Origin: Mobula hypostoma
Taxonomy: Eukaryota
Assembly (NCBI RefSeq): GCF_963921235.1
Contig: NC_086097.1
Coordinates: 95,854,001-95,918,000 of the forward strand
Length of the DNA stretch: 64,000 nt
Reading direction: 5' to 3'
In this document: positions 24,020-38,500 of the stretch, piece by piece
Layout: each line of letters begins with the position of its first letter
Numbering within the stretch: the stretch's first letter is position 1
Translations under genes and position numbers: made by a program
The notes under the pieces: model-generated
What the model saw: only the letters and a program-made list of their open reading frames with translations
Told to the model about the DNA's origin: nothing
Databases searched by the model: none

Positions 24020-25371
24020 CAGGTCCACAATCCCTTATCTGAAATTCTTGGGGCCAGTTGCATTTCAGAATTCAGAATTTTTCAGATTTCAGAATCCCTC
24101 CTTATTGGTTCCAGGACACCCCGTGGATACCAAAAAACACGTATGCACAAGTCCCTTATTTAACCTGTATCAGTGCGGTGGACTTTAGGGCCCAGTGGAG
24201 CTCTGGACCTACGCACATCCTCCCATATAACCATATAACACGTATACTTTAAATCATCTCTAGATTACTTATAATACCTAATACAATGTAAATGCTATGT
24301 AAGTAGTTGTTATACTGTATTGTTTAGGGAATAAAGACAAGAAAAGAAATTCGATAAAACATGAAGTTCTGGTTGCCTCACTATTGGAGGGATATGGAAG
24401 CATTGGAAAGGGTACAGAGGAGATTTACTAGGAGGCTGCCTGGTTTAGAGAGTATGCATTATGATCAGAGACTAAGGAAGCTAGGGCTTTACTCTCTGGA
24501 GAGAAGGAGAATGAGAGGAGACATGATAGAGGTATACAAGATATTAAGAGGAAGAGTGGACAGCCAGCGCCTCTTCCCCAGGGCACCACTGCTCAATACA
24601 AGAGGACATGGCTTTAAGATAAGGGGTGGGAAGTTCAAGGGGGATATGAGAGGAAGGTTTTTTACTCAGAGAGTGGTTGGTGCGAGGAATGCACTGCCTG
24701 AGTCAGTGGTGGAGGCAGATACACTAATGAAATTGAAGAGACTACTAGACAGGTATATGGAGGAATTTAAGTTGGGGGGGTTATATGTGAGGCAGGCTTT
24801 GAGGGTCAGCACAACATTGTGGGCCGAAGGGCCTGAACCATGCTGTACTGTTCTATAAAAATATGCAGCTTCAAACGAACTGAATCAAACATGTGGTAAA
24901 TGACACTTATTGGAATAGATGTAGAACGTCACTGTCACTATAAAACTTCAGTAACTTGTCTTTCTGTTTCTTTAAATCATATACAGTGGTAGTTCCAACA
25001 CCATATTCTTCAGTAAGACGCCACACAGACACACCACGATCAAGCTTCTGCAATAACTCCACTTTCTGCATTATTGATAATGATAGATGCTTCCTTCTCT
25101 TTTTCTCATTGTTTCCCATAGGGGTATCTGCAGCTCTTTTTGACATTTTCACAGTGAAATTAAACACAAAGTCAACAGTGAACACAAAATATCAGCGAAT
25201 AGCAAATGCACGTGTAACCAGTACGAGCACTGAACCACAACTGACGTTTGGCAGCCTCTGTTAGTGCTACCACGTCACACCTGAGTGACGTCAGTTGTCG
25301 GCAAAAAAAACTTCGGTTTTCGGAGCTTTTTGGATTTCAGAATTTCGGATAAGGAAGGGATTGTGGACCTG
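24020..25371 (-). mobile_element. Tigger/pogo (Jerky/TIGD-like) non-autonomous DNA transposon with nested insertions
   Basis: TA-flanked TIRs caggtccacaatccctt / aagggattgtggacctg; minus-strand N-terminal HTH MSKRAADTPMGNNEKKRRKHLSLSIMQKVELLQKLDRG..EYGVGTTTVYDLKK. Confidence 0.85.
24358..24856 (+). mobile_element. CR1 LINE 3' fragment nested in the Tigger element
   Basis: FWLPHY..LERVQRRFTRRLPGLE..RRRMRGDMIEVYKIL..FFTQRVV. Confidence 0.9.
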
Positions 25372-26934
25372 TAATTCCATTGAGAACTAAGCTGAATATA
25401 ACAAGCTGAGTGGAGAAATGAAGATGAAAGTAAAATAAGTAGAGAGTTTGCAAAGAGAATGACAGTTAACATGAAGGGAATTCAGGAGGCATATAGTAAA
25501 TAGTAAATGGTAATAAGAGGAGAACTGGGGCTAATTAGGAAGAAATAAGGTGATTTTTGCAAATACAGAAACCATACTTAGAATACTAAAAGTCAAAGTC
25601 AAAGTAAAATTTATTATCTGAGTACATACATGTCACTACATACAACCCACAGGTACCTTTTCTGTGAGCATACTTAGCAAATCTATAGAACAGTAACTGT
25701 AAAACAGGATCAATGGACAACAAACTGTAAATGCAGATATAAATAGATAGCAATAAATAATGAGCATGAAATAACAAGTTAAAAGAGTCCTTAAAAGAAT
25801 GTAGTTATTCCCTTTTGTTTAAGAGCCTGATGAGTACCTTGTAATGATCTTGACTGCAATGTAGTCCACATGCAAAATGTACAGCATTTGTTCACCCAGG
25901 CAACTGCAGCTTCATCTCCGAAACTTGTGACTTCTATTTTACCTTGATAATGGTACCCAAAATGCAAAATAGAAATTTAAAAAAGAGGATTCTTGTCAAT
26001 CTCATGAGGAGGGAAGACAGCAGAAATACTAAATGGAGTAAAATTGATAAAGAAGAGGTACAAATCATAGATTGTGGTAAAATGTGAAAAAAGCTTGTTA
26101 CAATCTTCCTCGGGGAGATGTCAGAGAATGGCAAGTGTAACGCTTTGTTTGAAAAGGTAGGAAATGGCATGCCAGGTAACTACACACCTTTCAGATTGAT
26201 GCTGGTTGTGGGAATGTTTTTCAAAACTGTTGTCAGCCAGAATGTTAATTATTACTTGGAATAGTTTGAGTTAATAAAAATGAACGGACATGGATCCGCT
26301 AAAGGCAAATATGTTGGGCCAACTTCATACAGCTGAATTATGTTGATGAGATATTATAAAAGGTTGCTGAAGGGAATAAGCTTCATTCTTTAAATATAGT
26401 CTACATGGATCTTACGGAGGTGTTTGATAGAGTTTTATGCAATAGGCTGATTAGCAAAATTGATAATTTGAAATTAAAAGATCACTAGTATTGCATTTAG
26501 GAAATTGGCTTAAAGGACAAGAGCAAACAGTTGTAGTAAATAAATTGCTGGAGCAACTCAGCTGGTCAGGTGGCAGCTATGGAGGCAGAGAGATGGTTGA
26601 CACTTTAGACCCTGCATGTTTTCAATGTGTTCCCCAGGGGTCGGTCTTGAGGATGACCTTTATTGAAGTATTACTCAGACATGTGGGTAACACTTCTCAA
26701 TTTGTGGATAAAATGTAGTCAACAATGAGGAGAAAGTAGACTTAGAAAGGATTGTTGAGTGGGCAGACAATTAACAGATGTAATTTGTTGCAGAAAATAG
26801 TGAGGAGGAATAACTTGTGTGAGTCTCTATTCAATCTGTTTACAATTTTAAATCAATTCATCAGCATCAAACCTCAAAGAAAATTCCCTGCTGCCACTGT
26901 CCAAACTTACGCCAAATCCCACTCATCTATCATC

Positions 26935-27140
26935 TATACAGGAGATTCTGCAGATACTGGGAATCCAGAGTAACACATACACAATGCTGGAGGAACTCAG
27001 CAGGTTAGGCCTCATTTATGGGGAGGAATAGATAGTTGACGTTTATTCTCTGATAATAACAGGGCCGAGACCCTTCATCAGGACCTTTCCTTCTGCAGAT
27101 ACTGCCTGACCTGCTGAGTTTCTCCAACATTTTGTGTTTT
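26935..27140. repeat. Penelope-like terminal palindromic repeat with an interrupted hammerhead motif
   Basis: attctgcagatactgg..ggaggaactcagcagg..ggccgagacccttcatcagg..ctgcctgacctgctgagttt. Confidence 0.65.
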
Positions 27141-27537
27141 ACTACATCTATCATCCTTGTATCTGTAGACTTACACTGGTTGGCTTCAGTCCTTGATTCC
27201 AAGAGGCAGCGTGCGCAGAACTCGTAACAGGCAAGCTGCAGGACAGGGCACGAGCCAATGCTTGGCTCCATTTTGCTGATTAAAGCTCCCATTGTTCACC
27301 GATTAAAGTGATGAGGGATTTTGAAGCATCGGAGCAAGTGCAGAGGGTGACCGCCGGCTGCCTGTCTTTTGATCGGTTGCTCTGTACCGGAGAGGGAAGA
27401 GCCTGCTGCTGCGTCTGGGCCCAGAGAGCATTGTCCAGATTTTTACTGTGTTTTGGATTTGGATTTTGGACAATAGACTCTATTTTTCAGGCTTATACTT
27501 TTTATATTCTGTGTTCACCCAATCTTCTCATATTTTT

Positions 27538-27740
27538 TGTGGGGAAGGGAAATTTGGGGGGTTGATGTGCCTGTTCCATTTTTGTTTGTTTTTTTTGTGC
27601 GGGGAAGGGGATTTGGGTGTTGATGTGCCTGATTTGTTTTGCCTGGTTTTTCTGTGGGGGGGGGATGGATTTGGGGGTTGAATGACCTGTTCCATTTTTG
27701 TTCATTTTTTTCCCAGGAAGGTGGGATTTGGGGATTGATG
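27538..27740 (+). repeat. Tandem repeat of about 58 bp (about 3.5 units) inside a non-autonomous element (about 27200-27847)
   Basis: Units gtggggaaggg.atttggg.gttgatgtgcctgttccatttttgtt; the element ends in a (tttgaacc) tail at about 27847. Confidence 0.6.
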
Positions 27741-29332
27741 ATCGAGTTGCCTTTCTTTTCTTTCTTGGTTTCATGGCTACTTGTAGAATTGAAGAATTCC
27801 AAAGTTGTATACTTTGATAATAAGATTAATCTTTGAACCTTTTGAACCTCTCTCAGAGCTGTTTTGAGCATATGCTAATTTATTTTCTCCACCAGTGGTG
27901 TTCATGTCTACAGCTGTCATAGCTCTAAATTCTTGAATTCTATCTATAATCTTCTCTACGCCTATATATCTTTCCTTCTTTCAGCTAATCTTTAAAATCT
28001 ACTTTTTTGAACATGTTTTTGGATATCTGCCTTCATCTAGCTTGGTTTTCTATGAAGTGTTTTGGGGCATTTTGTTCATGGCAGTAGATAAATAAGTTGT
28101 TTTTACTACATTCAGAAATATTAACAAAGGCTCCAAGTTTATTGTGTCTATAACTTTATTTTACTGGCTTGAACTCAGCAGTGTTCCAGAGATTAAACAT
28201 CAATTCCTGGAGATACCAGGACAATCACATTGCCAGCCTGGCAGTAGAGAAGCACTACAAAAATTTGAAAAGTAAAAGGATGAGCAAGCTAGATCTTGTG
28301 GGAAAAGGGAGTCAATTTTATAATCCATCCAATGTTCAATATCTCCCATATATTAAAATTTCATGAATGATTTCCTCTTTGTTTTAAATTTACCTTTGGA
28401 AGTGCAATTCTTGATTACCAAATGTGTAAAAACGATCCCCAGAGCAACATAGTTAATTACCTTATGACTCTAGTAGCACAGGACAATAGCCCTTACTGAT
28501 CTCTCACCTCCTACTAAATGACTGTGAATTCTTTTCCTTTTTCCCTTACAAGCAACATATCATTAAATTATGTTTCCAGCTTAATTTCTCAACCTTTCTG
28601 GGTAGTAAGTGGTTGCGTCAGAACCTTGCTATTCTGTAACATTCTGATAATAGTCCAAAAGGTATTTTTCTGATTAAAGAATTATTCCCTCACTGAATGT
28701 GTTCTCTGATGATGATCAACACAAGATATGTGGGAAACCGTTCAGCCATAACTGGCAGCTTCTGAGGTGCAAACCTGAAGTTAAAGGCACAGGCTAAAGA
28801 TTTTTATCAAAATGGACAGGTTAGAGATGTGGTACTGCCATATTAATTCTTGAGAAAATGGTGTGGTGTTCTTGTGATGTTTTCATGCTTTCTTTATTGT
28901 ACTATTCTCTTCAGCATAAAACAGATCCATTTAAACAGGGAAAGAAGATTCTGAAGGGTGATTTTGGAGAAGATGCTATTAGGATATTTCCCTGAAGTAG
29001 GAAAACCTAGAACTAGGGAGCATTGTTATTGGATATTGGTTGTCATTTAAAATTCAGATAAGGAATTTCTTCTCCCAGGGTTATGAATGTCAGAGATTCT
29101 CTATCCAGAGAACAATGGATGTTGGTACATATCAGGCCAAAATAGGTGGATTTTTGGGGTATAGAGGAATCATGTGTAAAGGGATCAGGCTGAAAGAAGG
29201 GTTGAAGTTAGCTATTAATTTATATTTCTTAGTTATTTACAGTGTTTTGAGAATCTGCTCTTTGATCATTTTCATTCAGGGAGCTGCAGTGGAATATAAT
29301 TACAACAAAGTTATGAGGAACGAATGGATGTA

Positions 29333-29975
29333 CAAAGTTCAAAGTAAAATTTATTATCAGAGTGCATACATGTCACTGCATATAACCCTGAGATTCTTCT
29401 TCCTGCGGACATATTTAGCAAATTTATAGGACAATAACTGTAAGCAGGACCAATGAACAACAAATTGTGCAAATGCAAATATAAATAAATAGCAATAAAT
29501 AACGAGTATGAAATAACATGAAATAACAAGATAAACAGTCCTTAAAGTGAGGCCATTGGTTGTGGGCACACCAGAAATAGAATGAGTGCAGTTATCCCCT
29601 TTTGTTCAAGAGTTTGATGATTGAGGAGTAGGAATTGTTCTTGAACCTGGTGGTGTGAGTCCTGAGGTACTTGTATCTTCTACCTGATGGCAGCATCAAG
29701 AAAAGAGCATGGCCTGTGTGCTGAGGATCTTTGATGATGGATGCTGCTTTTCTATGGTAACGTTTCATGTAGATGTGCTCAATTATTGGGAGGGCTTTAC
29801 CTGTGATTTATTGGGCTGAATCCACTACCTTTTGTAGGATTTTCCGCTCAAAGACATTGGTGTTTCCATACCAGGCCGTAATGCGGCCAATCAGCACACT
29901 TTCCACTACACATCTATAGAAGTTTGCCAAGGTTTTTGATGACATGTCAGATCTCTGTAGACTTCTGAGGAAGTA
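29333..29975 (-). mobile_element. Rex1/Babar-like LINE 3' fragment
   Basis: MSSKTLANFYRCVVESVLIGRITAWYGN. Confidence 0.8.
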
Positions 29976-30793
29976 GTGGCTACAATATAACTGAGGAGTG
30001 CAAGTTTGTGCAGAGACATGGAATACAGCTTCAGAGGTCTTAGCCACTGAAGGCAGAGTCCTAATTACGTGGCATGTAGATCAATTTGTATATTTTTCTG
30101 GGTAAAATTCTTGGTTATGACTGGATTTAGCTCTAAGTTCATGCACAGGATGAATTCTCTGGCAAGGCTCGGTAATATGTTCCTAGCAGACAGAAAGGTG
30201 TGGAACTATGCTCCCTGGTCAGTGACAAAAATGGCTCTCTTGGCAATATGTAGTCTCTGTGCATGGTAGTTTGAGGTTATTCTTCTGGAAAAAAATGTTG
30301 TTTCTAATGAGATTGATGAGGTCTTGTCATGGGTAGACTGGGGGTCCTGCGTGACTAGACAGCACTCTGGCCAAGGTGAGATGGGAGTGCTGTGTCCAAG
30401 GATAGAACAAATACTCTAGCCAGCTATGGAATGAACACTTTGTCATGAGTTAACAGACACTCTGGCCAAGGGTAGACTGAGTCATAATGGATCAAAATGT
30501 TGGAGAAGATCAGCAGACTAGGCAAAATCTATGGAAAAGAGTAAACAATCGATGTTCATGCCATCAGGCTGGAGGTTACCGAGACAGAATATGAGGTGTT
30601 GCTCCTCCAACCTGAGTGAGGCCGCATCACGATAGTAAAGGAGGCCATGGACTGACATGTCAGAATGGAAATGGGAAGTAGAATTGAAATAATGTAAATT
30701 GTAAACCAACCTATGTATGTGCTAATGATATTTATTATTCTAATTAAGAGGTGATACCAATGCTAAAATATTAATTTTCTTAATTGTCAACAG

Positions 30794-30919
30794 AAGTTTG
30801 TTAGCACCACTCTTCGCCCTACTTTAACGAACCACAAGGAACTATACACTTGGAAAGGGTGTGCAGAGTTTGTTTCTGACTTTCTAATAGTGGATTCATT
30901 AGATCCTGTCACAGATGTG
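30794..30919 (+). CDS. DRC7: DRC7 coding exon 3
   Basis: cAG|KFVSTTLRPTLTNHKELYTWKGCAEFVSDFLIVDSLDPVTDV|GTGAGT; 126 bp, phase 0/0. Confidence 0.95.
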
Positions 30920-31446
30920 GTGAGTAATTTTGCATTACAGTAGTAATACAATGTCTAGTCACTCCAGCTCCAAGGTTTCTAACAGTTAGATTCACCCCTT
31001 TTCATTGATTCTACCATTTAGAGGGAGAGTTCTGAGCAGTTTGATCAAAAAGAGTGAGCTAAATAGGTCTTCACCAATAAACGGTCAAGGAGAAGGGTCT
31101 TCACCTCTCAGGTTTACCAACATCTGTTTGAAAAGAGCATCTGTCATCCTTCCTTTATTTTACTCAGAAACACAGCAAAATAGTTAACTCTAAACTAACC
31201 TCTAAAGTAGGAAGTCATGATTTAAGGGAAGTTGGTGATGGCCAATAATTTTCAGCTTTGGAAGTGAACCTTACATAAATGAAATAGCAAGAATTTTGGT
31301 GATAGACATATGACAGGACTGATGTTCCAGGAGACTTCAAGAGCATGGGGTAGAATGATTGAATGAAGTCAGGGCAAAAGGTCACTCATGTCTCCTTCAT
31401 AACATATCTTAAATATTTCATTGACGTGGCTACTTAGCCCAAGGAT

Positions 31447-32400
31447 AAAATGCTGGAGGAACTCAGCAGGACAGGCAGCATCTATGGAAAAGAGCTAACA
31501 GCTGACATTTCAAGCTGAGACCATTCATCAGGACTGGAAAAAAGAGATTAGAAGTCAGAGTAAGAAAATGGGCAGAGGAGAGGCAGAAGTACAAGGTGAA
31601 ACCAGGAGAGGGGGAGTGATGAAGCAAAGAGTTAGGAAGTCAATTGGAGAAAGAGTTAAAGGGTTGTAGAAGAGGAATCTGATAGGCGAGGACAGAAGGC
31701 CTTGGAAGAAAGAGAAGTGGGAGGAGCACTAGAGGGAGGTGATGGGCAGCTAAGGAGATAATGGGAATAGGGAATGGTGAAGGAGAAGCTTAGGGTGGGG
31801 TGCATTTACCAGAAGTTCGAGAAATCAGTGTTCCTGCCATCAGGCTGGAGGTTACCAAGACAGAGTATGAGGTGTTGCTCCTCCATCCTGAGTGTGGCCT
31901 CATCACAACAGTAGAGGAGGCCATGAACTGACGTGTCAGAATGGAAATGGAAAGTAGAATTGAAATAGGTGGCCACAGGGAGATCCCACATTTTCTGGCA
32001 GATGGAACATAGGTGCTCAGCAAAACAGTCTCCCAGTTTATGTCAGGTCTCACCAATATACAGGAGGCCACAATGGGAGCACTGAGTACAGTGGATGACC
32101 CCAACAGATTCACAGGTGAAGTGCCGCATCACCTATGAGGACTGTTTGGATCCCTGAATGGTAGTGAGGAAGGAGGTGTAGGGGTAGGTGTGGCACTTAC
32201 TCCACTTGCAAGGATAAGTTCCAGGAGGGAGATCATTGGGGAGGGACGGATAGACAAAGGAGTCGCGTAGAGAACGATCCCTATGGAAAGCGTAAAGTTG
32301 GGCAGGGGGGGTTAAGGAAAGATATGCTTGGTTGAGGGATCCCGACGGAGACGGCGAAAGTTATGGAGAATTATGTGCTGGATGCGGAGGCTGATAGGGT
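31447..32400 (-). mobile_element. Penelope-like element (GIY-YIG C-terminus and terminal repeat)
   Basis: Minus-strand DLPVATYFNS..HGLLYCCDEATLRMEEQHLILCLGNLQPDG; hammerhead-like ctgatgaatggtctcagcttgaaatgtc at about 31503-31531. Confidence 0.8.
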
Positions 32401-34058
32401 GGATAGGGAGAGAAAATAATTGCTGGTATATTCAAGTGCAGGAACTCTGAGGGGAAAAAAAAGTGCTGGAAATACCAAGTAGGGAGGCAACACCTGTGAA
32501 AAACTGAGAAAAACAGGCCTGTTCTGATACAAGCAGGAAAGGCTTCTTAATATGAAATTGATTAATTCAATATGTAATTGTTGCTGTTTATGAAGGTTTG
32601 AACATAGTTCTAAAGTACTTCATTCGGTACCTAAGTAAGAAAGGCATGATTTTTTTTTCTCAAACCAAAAGACTGCTGATGTGTCGCCAGGTATATTTGA
32701 GGCTGAGGTAGATTCAGGTTCAGATTCATTATCACATACATCAAAACATCCAGAGAAATGTGTTGTTTGTGTTAACGACCAACAAAACCCAAGGATATGC
32801 TGAGGGCAGCCCACAAGTATTGCCACACATTCCGGTGCCAACATAAGTATTCCCGCAGTACTCAGCAGAACAACACAAGCAACAACTGCAAAACATAAAC
32901 ACAAGAAATTCTACAGATGTTGGAAATCCAAAGCAACACACAGAAAATGCTGGAGGAACTCTGCAGGTCTGGCAACATCAATGGAAATGAACAAATAGCA
33001 AAACAAGCTCATTTCCTCCCTTCCAGTCACACGCAGAGATAGGCTTCAAACTCTAAGAATAGCCACTTCCAGCCAATTCACAGACACGCAGACATTGGGC
33101 TTCTGACTTCCCCAGTGGGTTCACAGACTCACAGACCCAGGACTTCAGCCATCAGGCTTTGGCTTGGCTTCCGGACTTGCTAACTTCTGTCTTCATCCTT
33201 TGGGCTTTGATTTTTTGGTAATTGATCCCAGGACTCGCTGATCATGGGACCCTGAACACCAGACTTGCCATTTCATCAACCCAAGGGATCATCAGCCTTT
33301 GTGCCTTCTGTCCACAGGACCCACTGACCTAGGGGAGCTTACTAACTGGGGGGAGGGGGGGCGCAGTTGTCAACCCTCATTCTCACTGGCTTTCATCCGC
33401 AGCGCTTGCCAACCTGACATCTAAACATGGGGATCCCTGGCCTTTGAATGCAGAGCTCTGCAACCTGAACTCCAGCCTGACCTCTAACACGCCGACATCT
33501 CCAGACCTAAACCCTAACCTGATTCCTAACCCCCTGTTCTGTCTCCAAAATCATTCCTATGAACCTAAAAAACAATTAAGCCTGAGCCACAACCTCAACG
33601 GACATTGTACCTCGGCAGCTCGAACTGCTTTGTGGATGACAGGGAAAATCAGCAATAGTGGGAATTAAGCAGGAAAGTGGAGTTGAGGCCAAACTGTTAG
33701 ATCCTTCATGAGCTTACTGTATGGTGGTCTGTTCTGAGGAAATGCATGGCCTATACCTGCTCCTATTTCCAGTGTGCTTATGGATTTGTTCTTTCATGGC
33801 ACTTTGAAACATCTTGGAGTTATGAAAAATATTAGTTCTTTCTTATAATTTAGGAAGTGCTACAAGTATAAGCAAAGTGGATAATATTTGTGTTATATTA
33901 CCTCTAGTCAGTCTATAATTTGGCTTTTGCTGAGATTCATAATGAAAAAATAGAAAAAATCGCTGCGGTCTGAGTCTGGCATTTATTTTGCAGAATGTTA
34001 TACTGTTGGTTTCACTGTGTTTAAGTCAAGGCTTAATTTAATTTACCGTTTCTAACAG

Positions 34059-34253
34059 CCAGATTATTTGTTTTCTCCAACCACTGTCCTGAAACATCAA
34101 AAAGGAAACTGCTTTGACTTCAGCACCTTACTCTGTTCACTGCTGATTGGTGTGGGATACGATGCATACTGTGTCAGCGGATATGCTGTGAAAGAAATGT
34201 GTTTGATGGATGAGACAAAGGAAATCTGTCCACTACTACAAGAAGATGAGAAA
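34059..34253 (+). CDS. DRC7: DRC7 coding exon 4 (transglutaminase-like domain)
   Basis: cAG|PDYLFSPTTVLKHQKGNCFDFSTLLCSLLIGVGYDAYCVSGYAVKEMCLMDETKEICPLLQEDEK|GTAAGG; 195 bp. Confidence 0.96.
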
Positions 34254-35006
34254 GTAAGGAGAAAATTTTGTCTTGTTAGTATCCACTACCATAATCACTG
34301 CCATTGATCATTTTGCTCACCAGTTCAAAGAACGGCTGGTAAGAAAGGGGAGATATGTTACCATGAGATAGCAGGAATTATTCTCTGAGCATGCTTTGGG
34401 AGCAGTGTGGAATTTTAACCATGGACATAATCTGTGCTGTACATATCTTGGGTACAGAGAACTTTACTCTGTCTAACCTCTGTTGTATCTACTTTGTATT
34501 GTGAAGGAGTAGCCCCAATGGAGCTTTCTCTGTACCTGCCTGAACTGTGCCTGATCTATGTTTAAAGCGACAGGGTGCCACCCAGTTAGACCCATGTGAC
34601 CAATTAATCTACCGACCCATTTGTCTTTGGAATGTGAGCAGAAACCAGAGCACCTGGAGGAAAACCACGGGGTCATGGGGAAAATGCACAAATGTACAAA
34701 ATTTGTAAACTCAGTCAGCTTCATCATGGGTACTAGTCTCCACAGCATCCAGGACATCTTCAAGAAGCAATGCTTCAAAAAGTTGGTGTTCATTATTAAG
34801 GACTCCCTCCACCCAGAACATGCCCTCTTTTCATTGCTACTATCATGGAGGGGATACAGGAACCTGAAGACACACACAATCAATGATCCAGGAATAGCTT
34901 CTTTCCCTCTGCCATCAGGTTTCTGAGTGGTTGTGCATGAACACAACCTCACTCTGTTTTTTCCTCTTTTTGCAATACTTATTTAATTTAACTTTCTTAA
35001 TATATA

Positions 35007-35508
35007 CAGTTGCAAGAAAACTCCTGTGAACCCCTCGCAATCACCTGGTCCTCTGCATCAACCACTCACAAATGTGGTCTGATCCTCATCCATGCCACAA
35101 CGGACATGTTAAGATGACACAATCACACTTCTTCCCATCAATACTGAGTACACCATTCAAACAACCACAGTCCAGGTTCAAAAAGCATGTGAACCTCTGG
35201 GGTAATGCCTTCTACAAAAGCTATTTGGAGTCAGGTGTTCCAATCAATGAGCTGAGATTGGAGGTGTAGATTATAGAGGTGCCCTGCCCTATAAAAAGAG
35301 CAAGTCAGGTTACTGACAGAGCCTGCTCTTCTCAAGAAAGATCTGTTTATATGCACCATGCCTTGATTAAAACAACTTTCAGAGGACCTTAGAAAAATAA
35401 TTGTAGAGATGCATGAAGCTGGAAAAGGCTACAAAAACATTTCCAAAGACCTGAGTGTTCATCAGTCCACTGTAAGAGAAACTGTCTACAAATGGAGGAT
35501 ATTCAGTA
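35007..35508 (+). mobile_element. Tc1-like transposon 5' fragment
   Basis: TA|CAGTTGCAAGAAAA terminus; HTH LSEDLRKIIVEMHEAGKGYKNISKDLSVHQSTVRETVYKW. Confidence 0.75.
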
Positions 35509-38500
35509 CTTAATACGGCACTGCATTATTGTAAAATACAGTGGGACACATCTGGACTAGTACATTTTAGCAAATTAAGCAGCTGCTCCAACTAGCTGAA
35601 GTTTCGTGGAAATAGTTAAAAACAGCAAAGACAAACAATCATTTAACTGAGCAACAAATTAGGTATTTAAATGAAATGCAGAACAAATTAGAACACTACC
35701 AATACTACTACTATTTTAGAAAGTTGGTGCTGATAAGGGGTGACTTGCTTCTTGCAGCTGTGATGGGAATCATCAAATATTCCCCTTCAGAAATATTACA
35801 CCTAAAATCCATAGTCACAGCCATGGGTTCTTCAGTAAGCAACATCATCATAAGACATTTAAATAACCTATCGATACAGATCCCGGATTACAGACTCAGG
35901 TCATGTGCAGTTTCCTTTTAAGAAAGAGAAAGCTTGGATCGTGTGCTGTGCTGCAAGTAAGATTGAAACACAGAGACTTTAGACCCCCCACTCCTGACTA
36001 TCCTACTGGTGAATGTACAGTCTCTGAAAAATAAAACTGAAGACCTCAAAGCAAGATTGCAGTACCAGAGAAACATCAGTGATTGCTGTGTACTTTGCCT
36101 CACAGAAATCTGGTTATACCTGCCATTTTGGACACAATGCTGTAGCTTGATGGCTTCACCATTCACTGTAAAGGCAGAATAGCTCAGTCTTTTCAGGGCA
36201 GAGAAGATGGAATATGCTTTATAATTAACTCATTGCAATGCACAGTCTGTCTCAGTGCTGCTCACCCAAACTGGAACATCTAGTGGTCAAATATTGTCCT
36301 TTTTTTCTGCCATCATCCTGGTGGGGGTGTACATTCCACCTCAGGGCAACATCAGGCAGGGTCTGGAGGAGCTAAACCCTGTAGTGAACAGGTACAAAAC
36401 AGGGCACCCTGTTGCCTTCCCTATTATTGTGGGGGATTTCAATAAGGCCAGCTTAAAGAAGTCTCTGAACAACTATGACCAACATATCACCTGTGGGACC
36501 AGGGGAGCCAAGACACTTGACCACTGTTACACCACCATCAAGAATGCTTACCATCCCACCCCACGCCCACACTGTGGAAAGTTCGATCGCCTGTCTGTAC
36601 ATATTCTCCCAGTGTATAGGCAGTGATAAAGACTGCCACCCACTGGTGAGGACCAAGAAGGTATGGTTAAGGGAGGCAGAGGAGCATTTACAGGACTGCT
36701 TTGAGTCAGTGGACTGGGCAATATTCAGGAATTCATCTTTGAGCCAGAATGAATATGCCACAGTTGACACTAACTTCATCAAAATGTGTGTGGATGACAG
36801 TATGCCTTCAAGAACATATCAGTCACACCCAAATCAAAAGCCGTGGATGAACCAGGAGATTCGTCGACTGCTGAGGCTAGATCTGTGGTATTCAAGATCA
36901 GTGGTCCAGAACCATACAAGAAGTCGAGGTGTGACCTACTGAAGGCTTTATTAAGAGCAGTAAAACAATTCCGATTGAGGTTAGAGATGGAATTGGATGC
37001 ATCTCAGCTTTGGTAGAGTTTGCAAACCATTATTTCTCACAAAACTTAACATCATGAATGGCAGTGATGCTTCACTCCCAGTTGAGCTGAATACCCACTA
37101 TGCGTGATTTGAAAGGGAGAATCAAACCACATCTATGTGAATCCCTGCAGCATCCGGTGACCCTGTGATCTCTGTCTCGAAGGCTGACGTCAGAACACCT
37201 GTCAAGAGTATGAACCTTCACAAGGGCTCTGAAAACCTGTGCCAACCAACAGGCAGGAGTGTTCAAGGACAGATTCAATCTCTCAATCTCTCAGTCGGAG
37301 GTTGCCATCTGCTTCAAAAGGGTGATGATCATACCAAGAAGAGCAGGGTATGCTGCCTGAATGACTGTTGCCCAGTGGCACTCACATCTTCTGTGATAAA
37401 GTACTTTGAGAGATTGATCATGGCTAGAATCAAGGACCTGGACCCGCTACAATTTGCCTATCACCACAATAGATCTACAGTGGATGCAATGTTACTGGCT
37501 CTCCACTCGGCCTTGGATCACCTGGGCAATAGTAATACCTGCATCTGGATGCTGTTTATTGACTACAGGTCAGTGTTAAAGACAACCATACCCCCAGTTC
37601 TAATCAAAAAGCTACAAAACCTGTGCTTCTGTACTTCCCTCTGCAACTTCCCTTGACTTCCTCACCAGGAGACCACAGTCTGTGTAGATCAAAAATAATA
37701 TCTTCTTCTCGCCGGCAGTCAATACTGGCACACCTCGACGATGCTTACCACACTGCTCTACTCACTCTGTACTCAAGACAGCGTGGCTAGGCACAGCTCA
37801 AACACCATCTATAAATTTGCCAATGATACAATTATTGTTAGCAAAATTTCAGATGATGACAAGGAAGCATACAGCAGCGAAATAGATCAGCTGGTTGAGT
37901 GGTATCACAGTAGCAGCCTTGCACTCAATATCAGTAAAACCAAGGAATTGATCGTGGACTTCAGAAAGGGTAAGTCGAGGGTGCATACACCAGTCCTCAT
38001 CAAGGGATCAGAAGTGGGAAGAGTGAGCAGTTTCAAGTTTCTGGGTCTCAGCATCTCTGAGGATCTATTCTGGGCCGAACGTATTGATGCAATTACAAAG
38101 AAGGCACAACAGTGACTACATTTCATTAAGAGTTTGAGGAGAATTAGTATGTCATCAAAGACACTTGCAAATAGTTCAATAGTTCCATTTAATATCAGAA
38201 AAATATTAGAGAGCTAGGCAGAAAGCTGAGAAGCAGGACCTCCAGGGTAGTGATTTCTGGATGCTGCCTGTGCAACATACCAGTAAGGGTAGAAACAGGC
38301 TGATGTGGCAGATTAATGTGTGGTTGAGGAGTTGGTGTAGGGTGCAGGGCTTCAGGTTGTTGGATCATTGGGATCTCTTCTGGGAGAGGTATGACCTGTT
38401 CAAAAGTGACAGGTTGCACCTGAACCCAAGCAGGTTTGTTAGAGCTGCTGGGGAGGGTTTAAACTAATTTGGCAGGGGGTTGGGAACCTGAGTGAAGGGA

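Noticed and set aside
24907..25185. Domesticated TIGD/JRK gene
   Set aside because: Only the N-terminal HTH fragment, inside a TIR- and TA-bounded non-autonomous transposon.
27538..27740. CRISPR-like repeat array
   Set aside because: Eukaryotic context; head-to-tail tandem units without unique spacers; no cas genes.
30000..30480. Possible L1/Tx1 LINE fragment on the minus strand
   Set aside because: Too degenerate to classify by eye.
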